Shown here one piece after another: positions 1-12,839 of a stretch of 64,000 bases of DNA (position 1 is its first letter; every line of letters starts with the position of its first letter). The stretch is from assembly GCF_006345805.1 (NCBI RefSeq), contig NC_042998.1:140864001-140928000 (forward strand), in the 5' to 3' direction. Source of the stretch: Octopus sinensis. Taxonomy: Eukaryota. A program made the translations under genes and the position numbers. The notes under the pieces were generated by a model. It was not told the DNA's origin, searched no databases, and was given only the letters and a program-made list of their open reading frames with translations.

Positions 1-545
1 ATACTTTATTTCATTGGCCCTTGAAGGATGCAAGACAAAATCAACCCTGACAGAATCTGAAGACAGAATGTAGTACAGCAAAGAATTTCTTCCAATGATC
101 TAACAATTCTGCCAGTTCATTACTTTCTAATAATTCTTGCTTCTATAAGCAAAAAGTCCTGAAATTTGGGGAGACAGGGATAAGTTGATTGCATCAACCC
201 CAGTGCTCAACTGGTGCTTATTTTATCAATCCTACACCTAACCAAAAGGATGAAAGCCAAAGTTGACTTGGGTGGAATTTGATCTCAGAACATAGAGTCA
301 ACAGAAATGCTGTAACAATTGTCAAGCTCACAACCTTCTAATAATGGTTTCAAATTTTGGTGCAAGGTCAGCAAGTTGGTGATGGTGGGGGGAATAAGTT
401 GATTATATCAACCCCAGTGTTCAACTGGTACTCATTTTATTGACCCCCAAAAGGATGAAAGGTAAAGTCCACCTCGACTGAATCTGAACTGAGAACGTGA
501 AGACCGATGGGTGAAATATGGCTAAGCATTTTCCAACATGGTGGA
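1..545 (-). mobile_element. Cluster of degenerate tRNA-derived SINE copies (family A), reverse orientation
   Basis: Repeated blocks such as ttattttattgacccccaaaaggatgaaaggtaaagtccacctcgactgaatctgaactgagaacg are the reverse complement of the family A body (gcctttcatcctttcggggtcgataaa). A better-preserved copy is at 60697-60900. Confidence 0.75.
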
Positions 546-763
546 ACTGAACCTGAAACCATGGGGGGGGGGAGCAAACTTCCTAACCACACAGCCATGC
601 CTGTGCCTACACACAGACACACACACACAAACACATGTGTACATACATGTACATTCATCTGCACACTCAAAGGGATTGTACTTCATTCTTTTCAGTTTTT
701 TTTTCTTTTTTGAAAGATCAGTTGAAAAGTGAGTAGGGGTTACTTGTACTTTTTTCATGTCAT

Positions 764-827
<64 letters not shown>

Positions 828-1179
828 GGATACATATGTGTGTGTGTGTGTGTGTGTATATATGTTCAATGTTGATGAGTCAGTCATGAATACATAATTC
901 ACACACACTCTAGATATAATCGCTGAAAGAAATCAAAGGAATGTATCTCGCTGGCTGTGTGTTGTCAGGATTTTAACAGGTTTTTTTCATCTTTGCTTTG
1001 TATTTTTTTTTTTACATAAGCAGTCTGCTCACTCTCACAGTAGTCATTAGCATATCACAAAACATTTTTTTTTCCAGCTAATTGACTTGTTACAATGCCG
1101 CCTGCCTGCACTTGCTCTGAACAAAGGTGCAATGGTTCAATCCCTATTACATGACTCTTGGTCCCCCGAGTCCTAGCAC

Positions 1180-1425
1180 TCATAGAGCTGGTTTCCTGAT
1201 TTCCTTGGTGTATAACTGACCGAGATCACAACATTTGCCCCCACCCCAACTAAATGGGGCACCAGTCTGTTGCAGGGCTATTCATTTATGGCTGAGTGGA
1301 CTGGGGTAATGTGAATTTAAAGTGTTTTGCTCAAAAACACAATGCACCACCTGGTCCAGGAGTCAAACCCAGGAACTTGCAATCATGAGTGCAACACATT
1401 AATTGCTAGGTCACATGCCTTTACA
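1180..1425 (-). mobile_element. tRNA-derived SINE (family C), degenerate
   Basis: gctgagtggactgg...aagtgttttgctcaaaaacacaatgc...ccaggagtcaaacc...caatcatgagtgcaacac matches the better copies at 59520-60030. Confidence 0.7.
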
Positions 1426-3973
1426 TGACATGCATAATAATGCTCAATTCTCTTTGACCTTATACATCGAGCATGGAGAGGGGAGGCTGATATGCATGTG
1501 TGACTGCTGATCTTCCATAAACTACCTTTCCCGGACTAGTGCCTCGGAGGGTAACTTTCTAGGTGCAATCCCATGATCATTCATGACCAAAGGGGTCACC
1601 CAAAGGAGATATTTTAGATACTGTATTACATACTGTTGTACTGATGAGTGATTGACTCTGAAAGGATGCAAGACAAAGTTGACCCTGATAGAATTTGAAG
1701 ACAGAGTATAATATATAAGCATGTCTTCCACTGACCTAACAATTCTGCTAGCTCTTTAATTTCTAATAATTCTTTCTACTATAGGCACAAGTCCTGAATT
1801 TTGTGGGGAATGAGGTAAGTTGATCACACCAACCCTAGCACTCAACTCATGCCTATTTTATCAATCCTGCACCCCATAGTGGGGCCCTGATTTGGATGAG
1901 GAGGATGAAACCTCTTAGTTACTATTGTTTCCAGGGCTACTCTGACACAGGTAATAACACCTATCAGGATCCCAGCAATGGGCTAATTAGCATGTCATGG
2001 AATTGCTTCCTAGAAAAAGGTCACTCACAGATAACCCAAAGGACCCAGGGTAGATGAGGCCCCTTAGCTGCTTAGATTTAGCTCTTTAGCTACTGATCAT
2101 CTAAGAGAAGGGAACTCCATACAATTTCTACATCCTGATAACTACTGGGTTCATACCACTTGTTACACCAGACCAATACATGTTTGAAGAAGAGAGTAGG
2201 ACTGGCTCAGCACAAATAATACCCACTATAAGATTATGCATCTGGTAGGTTGTTCAGCAAACCAAGACACCACAATGTTGAGTCGAAATTCTCCCACCAG
2301 CCAAAACTCGTAACAGATCTCTGTTCCTAAATCCATGTGTAATGTCACTTAACTATTGAATATTGTGAAAGCTGGGACCAGTTCCAGTAAACAACTCTTA
2401 CAAAGGGGTTGATGAACACCTCTTATTCTTCAAGAGCAGGGTTATGTCTGAATCCCTGAAGATGGAAAAAATCTATCTTCTAACTTTTTCTTGTTTTAGT
2501 CATTGGATTGCAGCCAAGCTAGAGCACCATCTAAAACAGTTTTAGTTGAACAAATCAACCGTCTAGTGGTAAGGCTGTTGCACTCACAATTGCTGACAGG
2601 GTGGCACATTGTGTTGTGAACAAAACACTTTATTTCACATTGCTTCAGTCCCCCTTTGATTGGGGGTGGGGGAATGTTGGCCTGCTCACCTAACCAATGG
2701 GGTGGTGTCATTTGAAGGCTAAAACAATGCAAAAGCACATTGTGACCAGCGATGTGTGACAATATCTGATAGCCTGGTTGGTCACATAATATATACATGA
2801 ACCTTGTACTTATTCTATAAGTCTCTTTTGCCTAACTGCTAAGTTACGGGAATATAACTGAACCAACACCTGTTGTCAAGTGGTGGGTGTGACAGACAGA
2901 CAGAAAGGCTTACACACACATACAAACCGGGCTTCTTTCTGTTTCTGTCAACCAAATCTTCTCACAACGCTTTGGTCAGCCTGGGGCTATAGAAGACACT
3001 TGGCCAAGATGCCACATAGTGGGACTGAACCCAAAATGAAGTTGTTGGGAAGCAAACTTCTTAACCACATAGCTATGTCTACATCTACCATCATCAAAAT
3101 TATATTTTTTCCATTTCTTTTTCTCTCTCTCTCTCTTATTTCATCGTGACACCAATGTTCTGGAAGATAGTCAAAGCTGAAAAACATCAATTTTTCTTTG
3201 TATGGCTAATTCCAAAGAACCAGTATTTGTTACAGCTGTAAATCATGCTGTCTTCATTTTTAAATCACTTCATACAATAACCAATTATTGTAAACTAGAG
3301 TTTTGTAATGTAATATCTTTGATAGTCAAATAAAATCTCACTCTCTCTCTATATATATATCATCATTTAGCATGTTTACCATGCTGGCATGGGTTAGACA
3401 GTTTAACTGGAACTGGTAAGCTGTTCCAGACTCCAGTCTGATTTTGGATTGGTTTTTACAGCTGGATGCCCTTCATATATATATGTGTGTGTGTGTGTGT
3501 GAAGGCATGTGGCCCAGTGGTTAGGCTGTTGCACTTACAATTGCTAGATTGTGGGGATCAATTCCCTGATTGGGTGATGTGCTGTATTCTTGGGCAAAAC
3601 ACTTCATTTCACGTTGCTCCAGTCCCCCTTTTAATCAGGTGAGATTTTCCCCCTAGCCAGTGGGGTGGTGTCATTTGAACGCTAAAACAATGCAAAACAC
3701 ATTGTGACCAGCAATGTGTAACAACATCTGAGAGCCTGGTGCGATTCCTAATTGCTCCTTATTAATTCAGTACTGGAATTTTAATGTTTTACGCTGTTTC
3801 TTCAACAAGCTTTTTATTCCCTTCTCTGCATACAGGTCATTATTTCAAAACAAGAAAAAAAAATTGTTATTAAAAAGAGAAACATTTAGCACCCCCATAG
3901 CCACCCACCTCAATGTGATTAGGCTAAAGGTGTTTTAGTCTTAACCATCTTGATTTTTCTTTTTCTTTTTCAG

Positions 3974-4030
3974 GTGAAGCAGACAGCTGAGAACATTGAT
4001 ATTAGTATGATCAAGTTAGATCTTGAATGA
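3974..4030 (+). CDS. Candidate terminal coding exon (VKQTAENIDISMIKLDLE*), protein unrecognised
   Basis: Strong acceptor ttgatttttctttttctttttcag|G, 18 sense codons then TGA, followed by AT-rich UTR-like sequence with aataaa near 4530. No homology evidence. Confidence 0.35.
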   Translation: MKQTAENIDISMIKLDLE

Positions 4031-5332
4031 ATATCTGGTCTTTGAGTGTATGGGGCCTGCAGGCTGCTAGAACTGCAATTTGAACTGAAAACAGTTATAC
4101 AGTGTTCTTAATCCTGTGTCTATAACTGAAAATTGTGTATTTGCCAGGAGGACAACAGTACAGTACCAATGCAATGTGAATCATAAACCTTTTGTTCAAC
4201 AGATCCAGTACCCTAATGATCTGTAAAGCCCTAATTTCTTATGTTATGAGGTTGGTGAGATAAACCTTCCATTTGGAGAGGATGCAAGTTTAAGATCTCT
4301 TATAACAGCTGGAGCAATATTGAGTAAAGTACTCCTTCATGCCACCCTGAAGAGAATTTGAACTTGTAACCTATTCACTTGCAACATCTCACCTCTAACC
4401 CTAATGACTCGGCAAGATAGAAGACTACGACAGTTACATTATCTTTGATCTTCCACTCAATAGAAATAATCCAAGATTCAACGACGTGATTTCACCAGCT
4501 GCGAGTCTCTTCAAAGAAAATAGATTCTTCAAATAAATATATAAATTTATACAATGCTTTCATTTTATTAAAAATTTCTTTAGTAAAAAAAAAAAAAAAA
4601 GCATGTTTAAACAATTAACAACTAGATTTTTCATACTTCAGTTTCAAAAAGAGAAAAAAAAACTGGTTTTCAATTTTATTCTTTTTATCTTTTACTTTGC
4701 CGTTTATATTTGATATAAATTTTACATTAACAGTTTCAGTGCAAGTTCTTAGAGTAAAATGTTTTAAAAATCTTTTATTTTTTTTAACAGTCATGCTAAT
4801 TGTTTAAGTGAAGGACGTCTTGTAAGCTGGGTTGTGTGCTGAGATCAAGCACAATTTCACCAGATTAAAAAAATTACAATGAGATGAAAAAATTCTAAAT
4901 AATCCTAAATTCTCAAGTATATTTCTCATGTTTGTTATATTTTATACCTCATTACTTGCTATTTATGGGGCAACACAGTTCCCCACCCTTGCTTCTAAAA
5001 TATGGGGTCGTGTAGCTCCTTGTTAGCAAAAAACCTGCTTTGCTCTGGTCCTTTTTCTTTCATACACTATCTTTGTCTACTCATTCTTTTAGCATAAATT
5101 TCCTCCTCCTCACTCAAGGCCTGTAGTCTTGCAAGCTGCATGGGAACCTCACTGTTCTGGTGGCATGAAAAATAAAAAGACACCAAATAGATGCTATAAA
5201 ATGGTTAGCGTAAGGAAGAGCATCCAACCATAGAAACCATACTAAACAGACACTGGAGCATGATGTAGTCCTATGCACTCATCAGATCCTCTCAAACTGT
5301 CCAACCATATCAGCAAGACAAATGGACATTAA

Positions 5333-5552
5333 CCCTTCAGCAGTTAAACCAGCCAAGATATTCTATCTGTTTTAGGTTCAAACTAGCCAGATCCTGTCTT
5401 GCTAGTTGGGCATTCTAAAAATTACAATGTCATTCTAAAAATAAACCACCAGATCATCAAAATCACAAAGTTACAAGATAATGCATGAATAAATCTAAAC
5501 AGCGTAAATAAATAAGCATCACATTAGGTGGAGTAATCTGGATGCCAAAGGG
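5333..5552. mobile_element. piggyBac-type MITE (220 bp)
   Basis: TTAA on both sides (5329-5332, 5553-5556); ends cccttcagca...tgccaaaggg; the internal sequence is the reverse complement of the copies at 19211 and 24628. Confidence 0.8.
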
Positions 5553-6299
5553 TTAAATAACAATCATGGTGATGATGATCAAATTCATGCTGTGAATGGT
5601 CAAAAGATATTATCACTATTTTGAATAACTTAGAATAAGGCAAAGCAACATTGCTGATCTTTGCAAAACATCTGAGACCAGAAAAGGAAGCAACATAGTA
5701 AGATCTCATCCAAGTGCTTGTGGCAGAACAGATTCTGCTATAGGACCCAGAGGGATCAAACCAAGTGGTGGGGTTAAAGTTAAATTGGGTGATATATTTG
5801 GTCTATCATTTATTATATCATCATCATCATCCTCATCAACATATATGTTGCAGTAAATAAAATAAAATAAAAAAGGTTCAGTTATGATTTGCTATTAAGT
5901 ATGGCCTGGTAGCATGTACCATGCTGTTACTAATTGTTTTAGGTGTGTGTGTAGTCTCAATAAAACATACATGCCAATCAGTCCTCCAATCTTTGTCCCA
6001 ATAAAATATCAAGGATGTGACAGCTGGGAGGAGAGAGAGAGGGGAGGGGCTACACTAGCACTCAGGTGGTAGTCATTTATAACTCAGTAATCTGAAACAA
6101 AGTAGGGTGATGTGCCTTGTGCAATGACATAAACACGTCTGACCAAGAAATTGAACCAACATTCTTACGGTCATGAGCCCAGCACTCAGACCACTGATTA
6201 CATCAATGTAACTAAATACTGTATTTGATGGCATATACAACATTTCCTTTTCCTCAATGTCTCCAAAAAAAAAAATCACCAAGTCCTATACACAAAGTT

Positions 6300-7370
6300 C
6301 TTTTTAGGTGCCATGTCCAGAATGTAGGTCATAGGCAATCATGTCCTTCCACAATTCTCTGTTCTTTATTTTCTGTAATAGTTCCACTTCCTGATGTTTA
6401 ATACATCTTTCTTTCAATCAGTTTGCCAAGTTTGACAACCATATCATCTTTCTCCTTCCTCTACTTCTTTTCACTTACAACTTTCTTGTCATCAGTAAAT
6501 TCTCCAGGCCCTCTTTCCTTATTACACAACCAAGAAATCTCACTTGTTTTAGTCCTTATCTCATGAAGCAGTTTCCTAATTACCACAGCCCGGGTCATCA
6601 CTTCATTAGACACTTTGTTCATGCTGTCTTCAATATTCTCCTTAAGAACCACATTTCACAGAGCTCCGTGTACCTTTTCATTTCTGATATTATAGACCAT
6701 GCCTCATTTTCATACATTAACACAGGGTAGACAAAGCAGTACAATATACGGATCCTAGTGTTGATGCTCAGAGTACAGTTTTCCGAGATGTTATATAATT
6801 TTGAGAATGCAGATTTTGCCAGCACAATTCATCTTTTGATCTCCTTCACTCATCTTGTGATCAAAGTTCCAAGGTAGTTAATTGATGATAGCTGCTTAAT
6901 GATTTGACTGTTCGTTTTCAGCATACACTTTGGGCTTCTTTTCTTTATCGCCATCACACTCTGTCTTCTTGCAACTATGAACAGACCTTTCCTTTTACTT
7001 TCTCTGGCCACTACATCCAGAAATCTATGAAGTTATTTTTCCAATTAAGTAAGACTATGTTTGTGATGTTTCTGCCTCCTATTCTAAGACCTCTTTCCTT
7101 CTCCATTTCGCTTATGATCAATTCACTATAGTAATTGAAGAGATCTGGTGGCATAACACATCCTTGTCTAACCCCGCTCCTGGTGCTAGTGTATTCACTG
7201 CATTCTCCATCCACCTTTATGCACTTTGATTGGCTCCAGTACAGGCTCTGCAAGATTCGGAAGTCTTTCCCATGCAGATCAAGGTTACTTAGTTCAAAGG
7301 AGTCAAATTCTCAGAATGATCTTGGTAACGTGACTCATGAGACTAATCATTGGGTGTCCCGTAAGCTTTA
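6300..7370 (-). pseudogene. RTE-clade LINE fragment (RT domain to C-terminus), 5'-truncated and frameshifted
   Basis: Translated pieces: GVRQGCVMPPDLFNYYSELI...GLRIGGRNITN; AKSAFSKL...TRIRILYCFVYPVLMYENEAWSI...CEMWFLRRILK; C-terminal NRELWKDMIAY...GHGT*. Confidence 0.85.
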
Positions 7371-7868
7371 ATGTACAAAAAAACCTTGTCTCCTGTTTTT
7401 TATACCATCAAATATGGTATGTCTTGTCTTGTAATGGCATTAATTTGGGAGGAGTTAAACCAGCTCCTATTGAGTTCACCACATCATGAATGAAGGAGGC
7501 CTATACATATCTGTTGGCAGCTGATTCTGAAGTGTATTGAAGCCATTCCTGGTTCCACAGATAAATGCCGAAGACTCGAGGACTGGAAATGAGGTCCATA
7601 TCTTTGTTGTGAGTCATGTCTTCAGCAGACTACTTCTCCACTTACACCAACCCAGGGGAGGATCTAGTGCTATTGCGTTCTGAATAAGTGCATCATGGGG
7701 GTGTCACAATACATGACCAAACCACCATAGTCTCTTCATCGGAAGAGTTATCTCAAGGTGAGAGACCACAGCATATGTGTGTGTGTGTATGGATCAAACT
7801 GTCTGAATCCATACATGTAAATCCCAATAAATTGGTCGAGTGCCCTTCTTTTGTTTGTCCACTCACTC

Positions 7869-7905
<37 letters not shown>

Positions 7906-8799
7906 TATATATATATATTACTTGGTGATCTCACTGGCCCCATTGCCACATATGAAGCATCCAGGAGACACTGTAAAGTGATTGGCATTAGGAAGAGCGT
8001 CCAACTGAAGAATCCAGGCCAAAGCAGACACAAACCCTGGTGGAGTCCTCTGGCTTGTCTATCTCTGTCAAGCTGACCAGCCCATACCAGCAAGGAAAAA
8101 TGGACATTAAATGACAATGATGATATACCATATCTGATGGCATATAAAATCCATTTTTCTCCCCCAAAAAATCACTCCAGGTCCTTTTTTGATGTTTGAC
8201 TTCCCATAAAGTTTAATGCACTAAAAACCTCTTTACCCTGAATATGAGCTGCTGAAACTGGGGCGTGTTTAATATGCCCATGCGCCTTTTATGCTATCAA
8301 ATACAAGGAATGTTTGCAATATTTCAGTTACATTTTTCATGTTTAAGTTCAAATCTTTTCAGGTTACACTTTTACCTTTCATCTTATTCGTACTTATATC
8401 GGCATTCACCCGGGACCAGTTGGACCGTCTCCAAACCAGTAAATCCACAGCATTGTGAACCAAATGAACATCTGTGTTCACCAACCATGGTTGGTGATCA
8501 CAAGTTGTTCGCAGACACCCGATGCAGAGATCTTCAATCAGTCACAATATCAACTCCCACAACCACCACCATACTCCCAAGATAATACATGCGATGTACG
8601 ACGGAAACAATATATTTCGCATTTATATATCTTTTCTGGGATGGTGGTGGTGGGACATCAATCAATAAAATATGTTTAGCAGAAAAGAAACAAAAGACTT
8701 AAAAGGCTGTCTAGACTGTACAGTTCTATATTTAAGAGATGAGGAATTATTTACATTATTTACATTCGACGGATATTTGTCCTCATCTTATTTGTTGGT

Positions 8800-8845
8800 A
8801 ACACAAGGTTTTGGCTGATATACCCTCCAGCTTTCTTCAGGTGTC
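8800..8845 (-). ncRNA. Hammerhead ribozyme motif, probably inactive (GAAA core changed to AAAA)
   Basis: Minus strand reads gacac CTGAAGA a agctg gagggtatat cagcc AAAA cctt gtgtt, homologous to the plus-strand copy at 9102. Confidence 0.6.
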
Positions 8846-8939
8846 TTGGGGAAATTTTGAACCTGGGTTCTCATTCCTAAGGTATTTTTTGATGTTGTTA
8901 TTATTATTATTATTATTAACCACTACACCATATGCCTGA

Positions 8940-9010
8940 GGGTATATGACATAATGGTTAAGAGCGCGGGCTACTAACCCCAAGATTCCGAGTTCGATTC
9001 CAGGTAGCGA

Positions 9011-9012
<2 letters not shown>
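8940..9012 (+). promoter_or_regulatory. tRNA-derived Pol III head (A box/B box); not a functional tRNA
   Basis: A-box-like tgacataatggtt, B-box gagttcgattcc, anticodon-like stem-loop ggg-ctactaa-ccc. The acceptor stem does not pair. Confidence 0.7.
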
Positions 9013-9049
<37 letters not shown>

Positions 9050-9101
9050 CAACATCAAAAAATACCTTAGGAATGAGAACCTAGGTTCGAAATTTCCCCA
9101 A

Positions 9102-9147
9102 GACACCTGAAGAAGGCTGGAGGGTATATCAGCCGAAACATTGTGTT
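9102..9147 (+). ncRNA. Minimal type I hammerhead ribozyme motif (Penelope-type)
   Basis: gacac CTGAAGA a ggctg gagggtatat cagcc GAAA catt gtgtt: helix I gacac/gtgtt, intact core, helix II ggctg/cagcc, and a vestigial helix III (ACAT here; the palindromic form would be ACGT). Confidence 0.8.
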
Positions 9148-9409
9148 AACAACAAAGAAGATGAGGACAAATATCCGTCGCATGTAAATAATGTAAATAC
9201 TGTCTAGACTGACTCTAAAAACACTAAAACAAACAAACAAAGACAAGCGAAAGTAAGTCACAAAACATATCCAGTGTGTTTGCATTTTGAAATAAGAAAA
9301 CGTAAAAATGTCCTACACACCCACACACATTTAAAACTAGACCTCAATTTGTATCTGTCTAACCTGCAAAAGGTCAAGGTCACTACTATTCCTTCATTCT
9401 TCTGGGGTT

Positions 9410-9722
9410 TTTTTACTCTTTACTAGTTTCAGTTATTAGACTGTGGTCATGCTGGGGCAGCACCATGAAGAATTTTAGTCAAACAAATCAACCTCAGTAT
9501 TTTCTGGGTTTTTTTTTCAAGTCTGCTACCTATTCTATCAGTTTCTTTTGCTGAACTGTTAAGTTACAGGGACATATATATGATGTGTTTCTTTTAGTTT
9601 CCATCTACCAAATCCACTCGCAAGGCTTTGGTCGACCTGACACTTGCTAAAGGTGCCACGCAGCAGGACTGAACCCAGCACCATTTGGTTGAGAAGCAAA
9701 CCTCTTACCACACAGCCATACC
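9410..9722 (-). mobile_element. tRNA-derived SINE (family B), degenerate full-length copy
   Basis: Reverse complement of the family B head (ggctgtgtggtaagag...ggttcagtcc) and tail (gactgaaactagtaaaagag); compare 49314-49726. Confidence 0.75.
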
Positions 9723-10114
9723 TGATAACTAAAAAGGAAAAAAAAAAACTAGGGTTGATTGTGTCAGATGTACACTTCACTTCACTAATATTTGTATCTT
9801 TGATCTTGTGTACCATAATAACTGCTTCTAATTCTTCTTTTCCTTCATATACAAAAAAATTTACATAAGTAACCATTTCATGTAATGACAGCTAAATGAA
9901 AGAACTGTGATGTAATTGAATGACCTACTAGAAACAGCAGCCAAATCTCTCTCTAATCATTTCCAGTGTGTTAAATAAGAAAACAAGGAAGGATTGATTA
10001 GATAATGTATTTCTAAATACTACTAAGACAAGATGTTTACAGTTGGTGTGCAACTGGATAGAGGTTTACGCAATCAGGATTGACCAGGGGCTAAACATCT
10101 CATAATACCAAGTA

Positions 10115-10480
10115 AGCATGGCTGAGTGGTAAGAAGCTTACTTCCCAACCACATGGTTTTAGGTTAGTTCCACTGCACTACTATAACCTCAGGCCAACCA
10201 AAGCCTTGTAAGTGGATTTTATAGGCAGTAACTAAAAGAAGCCCACTGTATATATACACACACACACACACACACACATACAAATATGCATATGTTTCTG
10301 TGCCTGTGTTTGTCCCCCTACCATTGCTTGTGGGTGTGTTTACATCCATGTAACTTAGCAATTCAGCGAAAGAGACTGATAGAATAAGTACTATGTTTAC
10401 AAAGAATAAGTCCTGAGGTCGGTATCTTTGACTAAAGCTCTTTAAGGCACTGCTCCAGCATGGCCACAGTCAAACGACAC
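10115..10480 (+). mobile_element. tRNA-derived SINE (family B)
   Basis: gcatggctgagtggtaagaagcttacttcccaaccacatgg...gatagaataagtact...gctccagcatggccacagtc with an internal (CA)n. Confidence 0.8.
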
Positions 10481-10561
10481 AAACAAGAATATATGTATCT
10501 ATACATGTGTGAGTGTGCAAATTAAATACACATACATATATGCATGTATGAATGTATGGAA

Positions 10562-10618
<57 letters not shown>

Positions 10619-11129
10619 TGAGAGAGAGAGAGAGAGAAATAGACCAAGAGAACACTGAAACCATCTTCAAGTGCCAACAAAGATTTTAGCTGTCTTTTAA
10701 CCAGCATTCCCTCCTCTTGCATATTCCCACACCGGCATCTCTTGTAGCAAAAGATTGCCATCTCGCTCGGCTATAATCACAATATTTCTCTCACTCGTGT
10801 CAATATCTATGAAAAACTGACATGGTCATAATGATTTCCAGCTAGTTATCACACGTGTAGTAGCGATAATATATATCCCAGGACGGTAGGAGAGTGACAA
10901 AAGGAGTGAGAAGACAGACGGGCAGAAGAGGAAGCCAAGTGGCGGTGATGGGAAAGTGGAAACAAGCCTGTTAAAATAAGAAGCAGAATGATTGGCAGCG
11001 GCAGTTTCCACACCAATACAACTTGGTTTTAAGATCAAAGACAGCAGAAGCAAGGATTACTCATTCATTCTTACAACAAAGAAGAGCCGGGTTCATGAAT
11101 TTGTAAAGTAGAATATGAATCGAATGAAT

Positions 11130-11291
11130 GAATACAGACATGCATATGAACATAGATACACACACACACACATATAAATATATGCAAGTTTGCATACGTA
11201 TTTGCATATATGTATATGCATACATGTGTACACATATATATATACATGTGTATATATATATACAAATATATATCTATATATATATATATAT

Positions 11292-11323
<32 letters not shown>

Positions 11324-11998
11324 CACACACATATATATATGTATAGATAATATATACATATATATAATATATATATATACATAATATACACACACGTGTA
11401 CATATATATATACACATGTATATATACATATATACAAGCATATACATGCATATATATGTGTATATATATATATATATACACACATACACATATATTCATA
11501 TATTATATATATATACACATACACATATATTCATATATACATACACATACATGCATATACATATATACATACACATACACGTATATACATATATATCTAC
11601 ATAGACACAATTTTTAAATATATATACATGCACACATATATATATATACTTATATGCATACATATATATATATATACATGCATATATATATATATATATA
11701 CATGCATATATACATATATATACATGCATATATATATATATATATATACATGCATATATACATATATATACATGCATATATACATATACATGTATATATA
11801 CATATATGTGTAAATATACATGTACATGCATATATATAGGATATGCACAAGGTATATGTCCACATATATATACACACATACATATATACATACATATATA
11901 TATATATCTATATATATATATATATATACACACACATATATATATGTATAGATAATATATACATATATATATACAAACATAGGCATATATATATATAT

Positions 11999-12065
<67 letters not shown>

Positions 12066-12140
12066 TACATACATATATATATATACACATACACACACAC
12101 ACACACACACAGATATATATATATATATATATATATAGAC
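11130..12140. repeat. Compound (TA)n/(TACA)n/(CA)n microsatellite field
   Basis: About 1 kb of almost only A/T with interspersed CA/TG; source of the many spurious Y/I/H/T/C/V-rich ORFs. Confidence 0.95.
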
Positions 12141-12439
12141 ATATACATATATTAAGCTATTGGAAAACCGATTATAGCAGTGATTCCTAGGGATATCTGT
12201 AGAAGGAATTTTTATTCCGAAATATATCAGACTATGGATGCTTAAATTACAAGTTATTATAGTCCATTGTTTGTATTATAGTGCATTGTTGTGTCATTCA
12301 AACTATTGTATTCTTTTCATACATATATACATATATATATATCTATATATATATATATATATATACACACACATATATATATGTATAGATAATATATACA
12401 TATATATATACAAACATAGGCATATATATATATATACAT

Positions 12440-12530
<91 letters not shown>

Positions 12531-12573
12531 CATACATATATATATATACACATACACACACACACACACACAG

Positions 12574-12604
<31 letters not shown>

Positions 12605-12790
12605 TATACATATATTAAGCTATTGGAAAACCGATTATAGCAGTGATTCCTAGGGATATCTGTAGAAGGAATTTTTATTCCGAAATATATCAGACTATGG
12701 ATGCTTAAATTACAAGTTATTATAGTCCATTGTTTGTATTATAGTGCATTGTTGTGTCATTCAAACTATTGTATTCTTTTCATACATATA
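11930..12790 (+). repeat. Near-identical tandem duplication (period 435-463 bp)
   Basis: The unique block gacatatacatatattaagctattggaaaaccg...tattcttttcatacat occurs at 12138 and 12601; the copies differ visibly only in (TA)n length. Confidence 0.9.
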
Positions 12791-12839
12791 TACATATATA
12801 TATATAATACATATGTATGTGTATATATATATATATAGT

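Larger units (their letters stand above)
8719..9199. mobile_element. Head-to-head palindromic retroelement dimer (tRNA-like head + (AAT)n + hammerhead-containing body) with 12-bp TSD
   Basis: Arms 8719-8937 (minus) and 8940-9199 (plus) are inverted copies joined by GA; direct repeat ctgtctagactg at 8707-8718 and 9200-9211. Confidence 0.85.

Noticed and set aside
1890-2470. Non-repetitive-looking block resembling a LINE 5' leader (similar impression at 7440-7700 and 57400-57900)
   Set aside because: No ORF, ribozyme fold or termini could be demonstrated by eye; needs a repeat-library search.
8940-9012. Possible tRNA gene
   Set aside because: The acceptor and T stems do not pair properly and the sequence runs into an (AAT)n linker; it is a SINE head. 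The same holds for the tRNA-like heads at 24330, 33859 and 59730-59805.
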